Shown: positions 1-9,993, numbered from the stretch's first letter. The stretch is DNA of 64,000 nt from an uncultured Eubacteriales bacterium (GCA_934479825.1 CAKSOW010000003.1:64604-128603), one strand, 5' to 3'. Notes: generated by a model not told the origin, from the letters alone. Numbers and translations are program-made.

Positions 1-18
1 TGTTTTTGGCGACCTTGT

Positions 19-813
19 CTACTCTTGACACGTTTTGCCCTCCGTCCGTCCGGCTTGCTCTTTCTTTTCCGCCATGCGGCTCATGCAAGCCTCCCAGAAT
101 GCGTCATAGCTTTCAAATTCCGGCTCGGACGAAAGAAACGCATTCATAGCCTTCTCGCTGTCGCCGCTGTGGTTCATCTGCACTAAGAAAACTTCGTTCA
201 ACGCCTCTTTCCGGCGCGGACAAAAGAGATAAAAATATTCATGGAACAGTTCTTCCGGCGGTTTCCTGCCGAACGCCTCATAGTATTTTTCGGCAAGGAC
301 AAACGCCTCGCTTTTTCTCCGTTCCTCACGGAACTCAAAAAACAGATCCAACGGCGCGACAAGTTTGGCAGGATTACCTGCGTATACGCCCGATTTTTTT
401 ATGCTGGTCGATACCACGCTTCCTGCGCCGATAATCACGTTGTCGCAGATAGAAACGCCGCAGAGAATCAAACTGTTCATGCCGACAAACACATTGTTTC
501 CGATCGAGACCGGCGCGGTATGTCCGATCACTCGGCCGGTAGAAGCGTTGTCCACATGCCAGCTTGCGTCATGCGTAAGCACCTTGACTCCGGCCGCAAG
601 GCCGACATTTTTTCCGATACTCAGCATAAACGGCACGGTATCGTCCAAAAACACGCTTTCCGGCGTGGGCATATATAAACTTTTATCGATTTTTGCGCCG
701 CGTGCGCATAACTCCTTTATGTAGCTTTGCGTGTCATACCGTTTGCCGAACATCAGATACTTGCGGAAATGGTTCAGTTTTTCGGCAAAGCCTTTCAATC
801 GGAAAAGCGACAT
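19..813 (-). CDS. Hexapeptide-repeat (left-handed beta-helix) acetyltransferase, probably polysaccharide O-acetyltransferase
   Basis: 264-aa ORF with LbH repeats (IGNNVFVGMNSLILCGVSICDNVIIGAGSVVSTSI...GNPAKLV). Sits last in the visible part of the minus-strand EPS cluster. Confidence 0.75.
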   Translation of the reverse strand: MSLFRLKGFAEKLNHFRKYLMFGKRYDTQSYIKELCARGAKIDKSLYMPTPESVFLDDTVPFMLSIGKNVGLAAGVKVLTHDASWHVDNASTGRVIGHTAPVSIGNNVFVGMNSLILCGVSICDNVIIGAGSVVSTSIKKSGVYAGNPAKLVAPLDLFFEFREERRKSEAFVLAEKYYEAFGRKPPEELFHEYFYLFCPRRKEALNEVFLVQMNHSGDSEKAMNAFLSSEPEFESYDAFWEACMSRMAEKKEQAGRTEGKTCQE

Positions 814-829
814 GCTTATATCCCCTTTT

Positions 830-1840
830 TTATTTTTTCAAAAAATGACACAATTTTAAAAAGTAAAACAGCGTTCGGATATGCCCGTTTTTCATAAACT
901 GATAGACTAGGCGCATTTTCGGTGTGATATTCTCAAAACGAGCCGCCGTCACATGGTTTTGCAATATCTGCCGTTTCATGTTCTTTTCGACGGTTTTCCG
1001 CGCGTCCGGCAACTCCGACGCCGTTGCCGCGTTGATGATTCCAAAGCATAAAAACGCCGTATACCGGTCGGTCTGCGCGGAAAAGTCCGCCTCTGGCGGA
1101 AACTGCATTTTTTCCAAAGCTTTCACACCCAAGGCCAATTGTTCAAACTGCACCGGGCGGAAAAGTCTGGAATCCGATCCCTGCCGCTCGCGGCACTCAT
1201 AAGCGCTTTTTCCGGAAACATATACGCTCTCGCACGCCGCATACACCTGCATAAGACAGGTCACGTCCTCGCCGAGCGAAATGCCGTCATCCACCGAAAG
1301 CTGCGGTTCATATAAGAGCGAACGCCGGATAACCTTAGCGCACAGATAGTAGAACGAATGGCGCATATCACGCGTCATGAGCATTTGCGGCCAGATAAGC
1401 TCGCAGACCTCTTTTCGGGCATAAAAGCCGTCTTGCAGCGGTTCATGAACAGTCCGTTTTCGGGTGGGATCCGCGTCCGTGAAAAAATCCACAGCGGAGG
1501 TGATTACATCCGGATGAAAGCTTTCGATGATCCCTTGGGCATTTTCAAGCATATCCGGCACAAGCCGGTCATCGCCGTCAAGACACACGACATATTCGCC
1601 CGAAGCTTGGCGGATTCCGGCTTTTCTGGCACTGACCAAACCGCCGTTTTCCTTGTGTATCACGGAAAACCGGCTGTACTTTGCCGCGTATTCGTCGCAG
1701 ATAGCAGCCGAACCGTCCGGCGACCCATCGTCCACCAAAATCGTTTCAAAATCCTGACAACTCTGCGCGGCAACGCTGTCCAGGCATTCTCTTAAATACG
1801 GTTCTACGTTATAGATCGGTATGATGACCGAAAACAGCAT
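830..1840 (-). CDS. Glycosyltransferase family 2
   Basis: The N-terminus MLFSVIIPIYNVEPYLRECLDSV...ILVDDGSPDGS and a later DGDD motif are typical of GT-A/GT2 enzymes. Confidence 0.85.
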   Translation of the reverse strand: MLFSVIIPIYNVEPYLRECLDSVAAQSCQDFETILVDDGSPDGSAAICDEYAAKYSRFSVIHKENGGLVSARKAGIRQASGEYVVCLDGDDRLVPDMLENAQGIIESFHPDVITSAVDFFTDADPTRKRTVHEPLQDGFYARKEVCELIWPQMLMTRDMRHSFYYLCAKVIRRSLLYEPQLSVDDGISLGEDVTCLMQVYAACESVYVSGKSAYECRERQGSDSRLFRPVQFEQLALGVKALEKMQFPPEADFSAQTDRYTAFLCFGIINAATASELPDARKTVEKNMKRQILQNHVTAARFENITPKMRLVYQFMKNGHIRTLFYFLKLCHFLKK

Positions 1841-1875
1841 GTTTTCCGCTCCTTTTTATGGATTAGCACCGCAAG

Positions 1876-2937
1876 TCACTGTGCCTTTTCGCGCATTCTC
1901 ACCAAAAGGTGCAGCAGCAGCGCGGCTTTATATTTCATACAAACAGCAAAAACGGCCTGTTTGGGAGGAAGTTTTCGGATATCGAATGCCCGTAAGGCCG
2001 CCGCAAGCGCCGGATCATGCAAAATCTTCCGGACATTCCGGTTGACTTCGGCCCGGCACTCAGGATGCGTTTTCAAGCGCATGAATTCCTGCGAAAGGGC
2101 AACTCTTGCATAAGCCTGTAACTGTCTTGCACAGTATGGCGCGAATTCTTTTGGGGGAATCTTCCGTTCCAGACGGCGCGCCGCCTCTTTCATCTGCTGT
2201 TTGGCTCTCTCAAAGCGGCCGCTTTGATAGGCCTTGGAAAAAGAGGACGCATTGCGGTAATAGTTATACAACGCTCCCGGAACGCCGACAGCGCGGTCAA
2301 TGCAGAACACAAAATCAATCAAAAACAGCATGTCCTCCGAAGCGACCACGCGTTCCGAAACAAACCGGATCCCGTTTTCTTCAATCACCGTCCGACGGTA
2401 GATGTTTTTCCAAACCGAATAGCTGTAACGCGTGTCCTCTTTTTCTTCGGGCAACGCCCCCACCATACCGAGCGCCAGACGTTTCAAGGCCTCCGGCGTC
2501 TCAAACACTTCCCGTGTCTCAAAACCGAATTTTTCGACATCCTCGCCCTCAAACACAATGCCGCCGACATGGTTGACGCCGGTCATCGCCATATCGGCGT
2601 CCGATCTTACCGCCTCGGTATACAGCGTTTCAAGCATATTCGGCGCAACAGTGTCGTCCGCGTCCACAAAGGAGATATATTCGCCTTTCGCAAGCGAAAG
2701 GCCGGCGTTTCGGGAAAGTCCGGCTCCCTCATTTTGCTTGTGGAGCACGCGGATGCGTTTATCCTCTCCGGCAAGCGCGTCGCAGAGCGAGCCTGACGAA
2801 TCGGTCGAACCGTCGTCGATCAAGAGGATCTCAATATCGGTAAGCGTCTGATGCCGCACCGAATCGACGCACTTCCTCAAAAAGTCCGCCGCGTTGTACA
2901 CCGGGATGATAACGCTGACCTTAATTTTTGCATTCAT
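1876..2937 (-). CDS. Glycosyltransferase family 2
   Basis: VSVIIPVYNAADFLRKCVDSV...LLIDDGSTDSS and FVDADD motifs. The stop overlaps the neighbouring gene, consistent with an operon. Confidence 0.85.
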   Translation of the reverse strand: MNAKIKVSVIIPVYNAADFLRKCVDSVRHQTLTDIEILLIDDGSTDSSGSLCDALAGEDKRIRVLHKQNEGAGLSRNAGLSLAKGEYISFVDADDTVAPNMLETLYTEAVRSDADMAMTGVNHVGGIVFEGEDVEKFGFETREVFETPEALKRLALGMVGALPEEKEDTRYSYSVWKNIYRRTVIEENGIRFVSERVVASEDMLFLIDFVFCIDRAVGVPGALYNYYRNASSFSKAYQSGRFERAKQQMKEAARRLERKIPPKEFAPYCARQLQAYARVALSQEFMRLKTHPECRAEVNRNVRKILHDPALAAALRAFDIRKLPPKQAVFAVCMKYKAALLLHLLVRMREKAQ

Positions 2938-4229
2938 GCGGACTCCTCCTCATAATTTTTTCCGAACAGACGAATCTGTTCTTCTTTCGACCGTCTGTCA
3001 AAGCCGTGTCCGATGATGAGCACGGCAAGCGTCGTATTGAATAAGTGGTAATTCATGGTATTATCGGTGCTGGAAACGATCAGGACGTACAGGATGATGG
3101 CAGAAGCGGCAATCGCGCCGTCGGTAAAGCCGTCGCGTCCGAAAAATTTTGTCCGGACAACCGTAAAGGCTGTCAGCCACAGAATAAAGCCCCAAAAGCC
3201 GAGGTTGATGAAGAAATCCAAAAAGTCGTTGTGAATGGCCTGAACACCGGCAACATTCAATCCGGAATTGAGCTTGAACGTCAGAAAGCCCATGCCGTTT
3301 CCGACAAATTTCGGTGAAAACTCGTAAAACGAATCAACCGATTCATATATCATAGCACGTCCGCTGGTGTCGATACCGGCCTCCTCCATTCTTTGGAAAA
3401 CGCCCGATTTGACAATGCCGATATAGGAAAGAAGCACCGCCACAGAAAGCGCCATGACAATCGAAATCAGCCTTGATGCCAGCTTTTCTTTACCGCGGCT
3501 CTTTAAAAAACGGCAAAGATAGCCAAACATAAGCGCCGCGCCCACGGCAAGAACCGCGATCCGCTTGAACGCCGCGACAAAGCAAAAGCCGGCAAGGCCG
3601 AAGCCGATCAGATACCCAAGCCCTTTTCGCGGAAACAACAGCATATACAATAAGTATGCCCCTAAGCAAAAGGCAAGCTCATGAATCTCCGCCTGTTTGA
3701 CGACATCTCCCGTCTCTCCGGCAAATGTAAGAACCAGCGTGATAAATTCCGAGACAAAGCTGCCGAGTCCGTTTCTCACGATAACCATGGCAATCATGAG
3801 CAGATTGGAGGTCAGGATCGCGCCGAGATTGAGCCAGATCGCCTTTTCGCCGAACAGGTACAAAAGCATGGCGGCGGCAAGAGCGGCATGAAACGAGTTC
3901 ATGAAGATGAAATAGTAGGAAAGTCCGCGCGTGATGACATGGGCGTCGCTCCGCTCGATGATCCACACAAGCATGGATGCCCCGAGCGTTACCAATAACG
4001 GCAACCCCATCACGCACGCCGACTTGAAGCCAACGACTGCACGCGGAAAATCCGGTTTGATCATGAAACAGACAAGTCCCGAAGCAATGATGATAAGACC
4101 GAACAAATGCCGGAACGTGATACTGAGTTTGAACGTCAGCGTCTGATCCAGAAAATAGTACATCATGACCGCAAGTGCGAAAAAATAGACCGTTATGATC
4201 TTTTCGGCAAGCTTGTTTCCGATATTCAC
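2934..4229 (-). CDS. Wzy-type O-antigen/EPS polymerase-like polytopic membrane protein
   Basis: 431-aa protein that is strongly hydrophobic, with about 10 or more predicted TM segments. Located between GT genes and a chain-length-determinant-like gene. The call rests on context and topology, not a strict motif. Confidence 0.55.
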   Translation of the reverse strand: MNIGNKLAEKIITVYFFALAVMMYYFLDQTLTFKLSITFRHLFGLIIIASGLVCFMIKPDFPRAVVGFKSACVMGLPLLVTLGASMLVWIIERSDAHVITRGLSYYFIFMNSFHAALAAAMLLYLFGEKAIWLNLGAILTSNLLMIAMVIVRNGLGSFVSEFITLVLTFAGETGDVVKQAEIHELAFCLGAYLLYMLLFPRKGLGYLIGFGLAGFCFVAAFKRIAVLAVGAALMFGYLCRFLKSRGKEKLASRLISIVMALSVAVLLSYIGIVKSGVFQRMEEAGIDTSGRAMIYESVDSFYEFSPKFVGNGMGFLTFKLNSGLNVAGVQAIHNDFLDFFINLGFWGFILWLTAFTVVRTKFFGRDGFTDGAIAASAIILYVLIVSSTDNTMNYHLFNTTLAVLIIGHGFDRRSKEEQIRLFGKNYEEESA

Positions 4230-6133
4230 ACGTTCGCCGCCTTTTCGGTGGGCTCCTCAGAGGGAGCAGCCTTTATGGTTGCCTTTGCCACGCGGATCTC
4301 TTTTTTCGACATGGCTTTGGTCAAGAGCGCCCGGATCTTACGGATTCCGTTGACGGAAGTTTCTGCAAGTCCCATGGTATATTCAATATCCGCTTCGGTA
4401 TATTTTTCACGCTGTTCAAGGAGCAATGTAATGCGTTTCAGGATGTGCTCGACCGTAATGTAGTCGGTGCGGTTTACAAAAATGACAAATTGTGCATTTC
4501 CGTTATAGACATAGAACGCGTCCAGCGTACCGAAAGCTTCTTTGATGATATCGGCAACAAAGCGGATCAAACCGTCTCCGCCATCGCGTCCGTACACATC
4601 GTTTAACGAAGTCTGATTGAGAATATGGAAGTTGACACAGACAATGCCGTCGTCCAAGATCTTGCGGTCATTGCTCTTCAAATAGTTGTCAAAAGCCACA
4701 CGGTTGGCAAAACCGGTCAGGTGGTCGGTATAGAACATGTACTCGATGATGTCGTTGACTCTTCCGAGAAGCGTTGCACCGAACGAGCAGACAAGGAGGA
4801 AGAACACCGCCGCAATTGCCGTATACAGTTTCACATCGACGCTTTCGCCGACTGCTACGCTCGACAGGGTCGAAATGTATTTGGCGCCCAAATACTCATT
4901 ATACTCGGCATTGGTCTGCTCGGCAAGATCATGGTACTTATTGAGTTTGTCCACCAGTGTCTTGATATCCTCATAGACTGCCGTGCGCAAGTCCTCATAA
5001 CCCGCTTCGCTGAGTTCCGCACAGGTTTTACCGGAATAGGCGCATAAGCCGCCGCAGGTACCTTTGCATTCATTGAAGGTATTGATCAAATATTGGTAAT
5101 AGGCAGACTGAATCACCGCGTATTCGCGCGTATCGGTATGGTCGCGCCAGCTGTATATGAGTTTATCGTAGGTTACGGTATGATCTGCGCCGTTCTGACT
5201 GCCGTATTCCTTTTCATAGACCTGATCGAGAATATACTCATGATTGATATTGGTATTGCCCGACTCACGCATTTTTACAACATAATCGTCAATAATTTGC
5301 AGAACGTCGTTTATTTTGCCGTCTTCGGAAATATTGGAAATGCTGTTCTGACTGATACGCTCGGTATAGTCGGAGACTAAGACGGCTTTGTTTTTGGTGA
5401 TCTGGTGGCCGAAGATGCGCGAATAGAGCTTGGCAACCTCGGTATCCTGCAAATAGTAAAATTCATTAGCAAGGTCGGCAAAGGAAAGACCGGTCGTGGT
5501 CGCACGGAAATAGAGATTGCCCGATGAACGCCGGTTGAGTGCCTGCAAGGTTTCACTTATATTGTCGTCAATCAGATCCATCATTTCGATATAATCATAC
5601 GATTCATCGTAGATATCGGAAAGCGAATTGACGGTAGAGCTGGAATTGAGATACTTTTCACCGAATTCCGAATAGTAAATATTGATGATCTCATCCAACA
5701 CGCGTCTGGCAAAACCCATGCCCTCACCTTTTTTCGCCACGAATGAAACGATATAGGTAGTCGGTTCTTCGGTATACTGCTCACCGTTATCTAAAACCGC
5801 CTGCTTTCTGGCCGCTTCATCCTCATCGATCACTTCGGTGATATTGACGCGCGAAAGCAAGGAATCAATCGAATAAATGCCTTCGTCAAGCCCCAGACTT
5901 GCCGTAACCTTGGTCATGATAGCCGACGATTTGATCTCATTGACATCAAGCGCCGTTCCGTCAGGCGCTTGACCGGATTTTGCCTCGTCATAATCGTAGT
6001 GAATAACGGTCGAAGCAACATAAGTCTGCGAAGAGGACAGCACAAAATAGACTGCCGCCGTTAACACAACGCAAAGTACGATAATAAACGGCAGGAATTT
6101 TTTGATATAGCGTGAAAGCTGAAATTTCTTCAT
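4226..6133 (-). CDS. Polysaccharide co-polymerase (Wzz/PCP)-like bitopic membrane protein fused to a C-terminal degenerate GGDEF domain
   Basis: N-terminal TM followed by a Wzz-like start (SSSQTYVASTVIHYDY), a roughly 400-aa extracytoplasmic region and a second TM (LYTAIAAVFFLLVCSFGATLLG). The cytoplasmic tail has GGDEF-fold landmarks HLTGFANRVAF and NDVYGRDGGDGLIRF, but YNGNAQF in place of RxGGDEF. Confidence 0.7.
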   Translation of the reverse strand: MKKFQLSRYIKKFLPFIIVLCVVLTAAVYFVLSSSQTYVASTVIHYDYDEAKSGQAPDGTALDVNEIKSSAIMTKVTASLGLDEGIYSIDSLLSRVNITEVIDEDEAARKQAVLDNGEQYTEEPTTYIVSFVAKKGEGMGFARRVLDEIINIYYSEFGEKYLNSSSTVNSLSDIYDESYDYIEMMDLIDDNISETLQALNRRSSGNLYFRATTTGLSFADLANEFYYLQDTEVAKLYSRIFGHQITKNKAVLVSDYTERISQNSISNISEDGKINDVLQIIDDYVVKMRESGNTNINHEYILDQVYEKEYGSQNGADHTVTYDKLIYSWRDHTDTREYAVIQSAYYQYLINTFNECKGTCGGLCAYSGKTCAELSEAGYEDLRTAVYEDIKTLVDKLNKYHDLAEQTNAEYNEYLGAKYISTLSSVAVGESVDVKLYTAIAAVFFLLVCSFGATLLGRVNDIIEYMFYTDHLTGFANRVAFDNYLKSNDRKILDDGIVCVNFHILNQTSLNDVYGRDGGDGLIRFVADIIKEAFGTLDAFYVYNGNAQFVIFVNRTDYITVEHILKRITLLLEQREKYTEADIEYTMGLAETSVNGIRKIRALLTKAMSKKEIRVAKATIKAAPSEEPTEKAANV

Positions 6134-6154
6134 ATGTTTATCTCCTTTGCCGCC

Positions 6155-7552
6155 TTAAAGAGTATAGTTCTTTTCGTCGTCCTCTAAAACCGAAGCCACA
6201 TCCCCGGTTTTGAGAAGTTCGCCGGCAATGCCGTACAAATACAGCGCAAAGAAGAACATAAAAACAAGCACCGCGCTGATAAGCGCTTTCTTTACAAACG
6301 TATTATCGGTTACGCTGACGCTGATACAATTATTCATGCGCGTTTCGGAATACTCTTGACTGATTCGTGCCGCACGCGTGGCATATTTGGCAAGCTCCTC
6401 CTCCACGCCGCGGATCATCTCATCAAGGGCGGCATTGTTTCCGCTTGATGCCGATGCGGAAAGATGTGAGATCAGGTCGTTGTTGGTGTTTATCTGCTTA
6501 TAATATTCTTCCGACTGTTTGCTGTACGACTGCGCCTCCAAAGAAAGCTCGTCGATTCCGACCTTAGTGCGTCCCATATAAAATTCATCCGAAGTGTCCC
6601 ATGTCGGAACAAGCACAACGCGCGTCATTTCTTCCGCATACATGTTCACAGCCGCATTTCGGGTGTCATACGAACTGCGCGCCCGTCTGGCATCGTAATC
6701 GAGCAGCGTGTTTTTGTAATTTAAGCGTTTGATGTATTCGGACGGATTCTTGGATATGCCGTTTTGCGTGACATAGGCCTTGATGTTGTTTTCGATCTGT
6801 TCTTCGTTTAAATTCTCCACTTTGGAGGCAATCGAATAGAACGTCTCGCCGTCCGAAGAAACAAAGCTGGAATTCCGGTTAGCCATGCCGTACATATAGT
6901 TGGCAATGGTCTGCGTTTGTTTTTGCAGATAGGTGATAATGTCGAGATAATCGGATTCATTGGCCTCGGCGTCTTTTTCCGGCGTGAAGTTCATCACCGA
7001 AAAATCGTCTGCATATTTTCCGATATAGAATTCCTTGAACGCGTCGCCCACCAACTGAACCACGTTTTTTGCATCAAGACCTGCCGTCTTTGCGCTTGCC
7101 GTATAGGTGATCCGGAATTCAGTGGAAATATGATAACCTTTTTCCGAAAGAGAGTTGCCTTGGACGGTCGGTTCGACTGTCAGGCACTTCTTTAAATCCT
7201 TTACCGTCACATCCGTAAAGCCGCCTTTTTCAATGGCGCGCGCAATGACGGCATTGTCCAGGATTTCAGCCATGTCAAAACGTGTGCCGTTGGAATTCTG
7301 CGCCTTGGAGGCTTCGGTGTAATTTAAGGAGACAATGGCCTGCTTGTAGTTGTTCTTGTTCAGATTGAAACCTAAGAAAACAGCCACGACAAACACAAAG
7401 GTAAGCACAAATGCCCCGGCCTTGACCTTTCGTTTGGCAAGCAAAAAGTTTTTGACTTTGGAAAGCGGAAAATGACGGGTCTTTATCGCAATTACAACAA
7501 CCGAAAAGGCGATAAGGACAACCACCGCAAGCATACACAGTTTGAGTAACAT
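6155..7552 (-). CDS. Second chain-length-determinant-like membrane protein (N- and C-terminal TM segments, large external domain)
   Basis: 465-aa ORF with TM helices at both ends flanking a roughly 350-aa hydrophilic domain. It sits next to the PCP-GGDEF gene. Assigned by topology and context only. Confidence 0.4.
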   Translation of the reverse strand: MLLKLCMLAVVVLIAFSVVVIAIKTRHFPLSKVKNFLLAKRKVKAGAFVLTFVFVVAVFLGFNLNKNNYKQAIVSLNYTEASKAQNSNGTRFDMAEILDNAVIARAIEKGGFTDVTVKDLKKCLTVEPTVQGNSLSEKGYHISTEFRITYTASAKTAGLDAKNVVQLVGDAFKEFYIGKYADDFSVMNFTPEKDAEANESDYLDIITYLQKQTQTIANYMYGMANRNSSFVSSDGETFYSIASKVENLNEEQIENNIKAYVTQNGISKNPSEYIKRLNYKNTLLDYDARRARSSYDTRNAAVNMYAEEMTRVVLVPTWDTSDEFYMGRTKVGIDELSLEAQSYSKQSEEYYKQINTNNDLISHLSASASSGNNAALDEMIRGVEEELAKYATRAARISQEYSETRMNNCISVSVTDNTFVKKALISAVLVFMFFFALYLYGIAGELLKTGDVASVLEDDEKNYTL

Positions 7553-7570
7553 GTTTCTTCCCCTCTTTCC

Positions 7571-8887
7571 TTAATAGCGATTGACGTCGATGATGACAAG
7601 TTCCGGCTGGTTGCCGATGCGTACCACCCCTTTATTGGAAAGGCCGCGGCTGACAATAAGCGTCTTTCCGGAAAGATCATATTTTCCGGCAATGTAGGTA
7701 TCGTCCGGCTTCTTTTCCGGAAACAATCCGTTTTTGCGCTCATATAAGCCGCCCAGATACGGCAGCCGCACAACACCACCGTGCGTATGTCCGCACAGCA
7801 CTAAATCCCCCCAATAGCCCTCTCCGAATGTTTCAAAAATATACGGTTCGTGGCAGAGGAGAACCTTTAAGTTTCCGGTATCTTCGTTTAAAAATCCGTC
7901 ATAGCTGTCCTCGCAGTAATTCCAGAATGCCGAAGGATTGGTGGTCAGCACGCCGTAGATATCCACCGTGTTTTCGCCGATTTGGGCGGAGGCTTTCTCG
8001 TTGAGAAGCACATGAACCCCGACCTTTTCCAAGGCCGCGCGGAAAGCGTCGTCGCTTTTTTTGAGTTTCTCCGGATCTCCGTCCGTCATGCTGTCAAGTT
8101 CTTCACGCGTCATGTGTGAAGCATACACGATATCGTCCTCGTTGTTGCCGTATGCACAGTATACCGGGGCAATTTCGGTAAGTTTGGCGTATAAGGAGAC
8201 AACATTGTCCACCGAATCGTGCTTATCCACCATATCGCCGGTCGTGACGATGATATCCGGTTTCAATACGGAAATGCGGCCGATCAACGTTTCGTTATCC
8301 TTGCCAAAGCTTGCGTCATGCAGATCGGAAAGCTGAATGATACGCAGATTTCCGCCTATCTTGCCGCTGCCGACCTGATAGAAATCCTCTTCAAAAGTCA
8401 GATTATCCAAATAATTCATGCCGACCAGCACCACAAGTCCTGCGGCACAGACCAGAATGCAAGCCAAAATTCCTGCCCAGATACGCTTGGAACGGCTTTT
8501 ATTTTTATATTCGGCAATTCTCACCTGTTCGATCTTGATTTCGGTCTCATAACCGATAGTGTCAAAAAAGCATTTGGTGAAAATGTCATAGTAGTTATCA
8601 TAAAAATCTGACAGATCATCGTTTCCGGTATAGCGGAAAACCACTAAATTCTTTTTGATCCGTACAATGGAAAAATTATTGAACCACTTATCCATTGCGT
8701 CCTCGCTGGTTCTTGTTTTCAGCGTTTCAAGCGTATTCTTGAACGCGTAATCAAGCGCTCGGGTGATATTATTGATTTTTTTCTTTTCGTTTCCCTGTTC
8801 GGGCGGTGTGAGATTCGGATTCAACACAAATCCCTCGCTTTCTTTCGGTATCGGCTGAACCGGTTCATTTCTCTTCGATAACATTCC
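7571..8887 (-). CDS. Membrane-anchored calcineurin-like metallophosphoesterase with a cytoplasmic DnaA-domain-I-like N-terminus
   Basis: Metallophosphoesterase motifs: LSDLHD, TGDMVD, GNNED, CHEP, GHTHGG. One TM (IWAGILACILVCAAGLVVLVGM). The ORF extends to 8989, but that would overlap the upstream GT4 gene by 125 nt. The start chosen here is the ATG at 8887, and it is uncertain. Confidence 0.7.
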   Translation of the reverse strand, partial: GMLSKRNEPVQPIPKESEGFVLNPNLTPPEQGNEKKKINNITRALDYAFKNTLETLKTRTSEDAMDKWFNNFSIVRIKKNLVVFRYTGNDDLSDFYDNYYDIFTKCFFDTIGYETEIKIEQVRIAEYKNKSRSKRIWAGILACILVCAAGLVVLVGMNYLDNLTFEEDFYQVGSGKIGGNLRIIQLSDLHDASFGKDNETLIGRISVLKPDIIVTTGDMVDKHDSVDNVVSLYAKLTEIAPVYCAYGNNEDDIVYASHMTREELDSMTDGDPEKLKKSDDAFRAALEKVGVHVLLNEKASAQIGENTVDIYGVLTTNPSAFWNYCEDSYDGFLNEDTGNLKVLLCHEPYIFETFGEGYWGDLVLCGHTHGGVVRLPYLGGLYERKNGLFPEKKPDDTYIAGKYDLSGKTLIVSRGLSNKGVVRIGNQPELVIIDVNRY

Positions 8888-9968
8888 GGTAGACTTTCTC
8901 GGTCTTTTCAACCACATTGTCATAGTTATAACGGGCGCAGATATAGGCACGCTGTTCGGCTGCCCGCGGATTTTCGTCCGGAGCGGCAAGCAGAGTTTCT
9001 AACTTTTGCGCAAGCGAATCAACTTTTCCGCTTTGAAAAACTTCGGCAAAATCCGCTGTCACGGAAGTGTTTTCCGGAATATCGCTGACAAGACATCTTG
9101 CGCCTGCGGACATGGCTTCCAACAGTGTGAGCGCCAAGCCTTCGATTTCGCTCGGCAGCACATACAGCGCACAATTTGCATACAGCTCGCATAAAAGGTT
9201 GCCGTCGGCAAAGCCCATAAACACGATGTTTGGATTCTTTTCTGCCAGATTTCTTATCTTCCCGCCGTATTCGTTTTCAGGCAGTTCCCCGGCAATGACC
9301 AGCTTTTTATCGGTTTTTATGTTTTTATATGCCTCAATCAAATAATGCAGACCCTTTTCGGGTACAATGCGCGCAAGATACAGAATATAATCGTTCTTTT
9401 TAAGACCAAAACGGTAGGTTATCTGATTGGCCGGCAACAGTTTTATCGGTACGATCGCATTTTCAACAAACACAGTATCGCGGCCATAGGTGGCTTTGAA
9501 ATACTGTCTGACGTTTTCCGAAAGCACGATCACTTCATCGGCATATTTGGCAATGATTCTTTCGCCGAGTTTCAGATACGCCGACGCGAAACGGTTCCAT
9601 TTGGCTCTCTGCCAATCCAATCCGTGCACCGTTGCAACAGTCTTTCTGCCAAACAGCTTTGCCACGGCAATCATGACCGACGGACCGAGCGCGTGAAAGT
9701 GGAGAACATCATAACGACGCCTTAACGCTGAAAACGTCGCCGTTACCGAAGCAACCATGGCATTGAGCGCCTGCTTGCGAAACGTAAAGGTGCGGTAAAC
9801 CTCCACGCCCTCCACGAAATAGTGATTCTTGTCCTGCAGTTTTCCCCGATTATAGACCGTCACTGCATGCCCTCTTTTGACAAGGCGCGTGGCCAGTTCA
9901 TATACGACCACTTCTATGCCGCCGGAACGGGACGGGAAATCCTTGTGCCCGATCATAGCGATTTTCAT
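8865..9968 (-). CDS. Glycosyltransferase family 4 (GT-B)
   Basis: MKIAMIGHKDFPSRSGGIEVVVYELA... and the C-terminal EGLALTLLEAMSAGARCLVSDIPEN (E-x7-E region) are typical of GT4. Confidence 0.85.
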   Translation of the reverse strand: MKIAMIGHKDFPSRSGGIEVVVYELATRLVKRGHAVTVYNRGKLQDKNHYFVEGVEVYRTFTFRKQALNAMVASVTATFSALRRRYDVLHFHALGPSVMIAVAKLFGRKTVATVHGLDWQRAKWNRFASAYLKLGERIIAKYADEVIVLSENVRQYFKATYGRDTVFVENAIVPIKLLPANQITYRFGLKKNDYILYLARIVPEKGLHYLIEAYKNIKTDKKLVIAGELPENEYGGKIRNLAEKNPNIVFMGFADGNLLCELYANCALYVLPSEIEGLALTLLEAMSAGARCLVSDIPENTSVTADFAEVFQSGKVDSLAQKLETLLAAPDENPRAAEQRAYICARYNYDNVVEKTEKVYRNVIEEK

Positions 9969-9993
9969 GCGGTTTTCCTCCCTTTCCTCGTGT

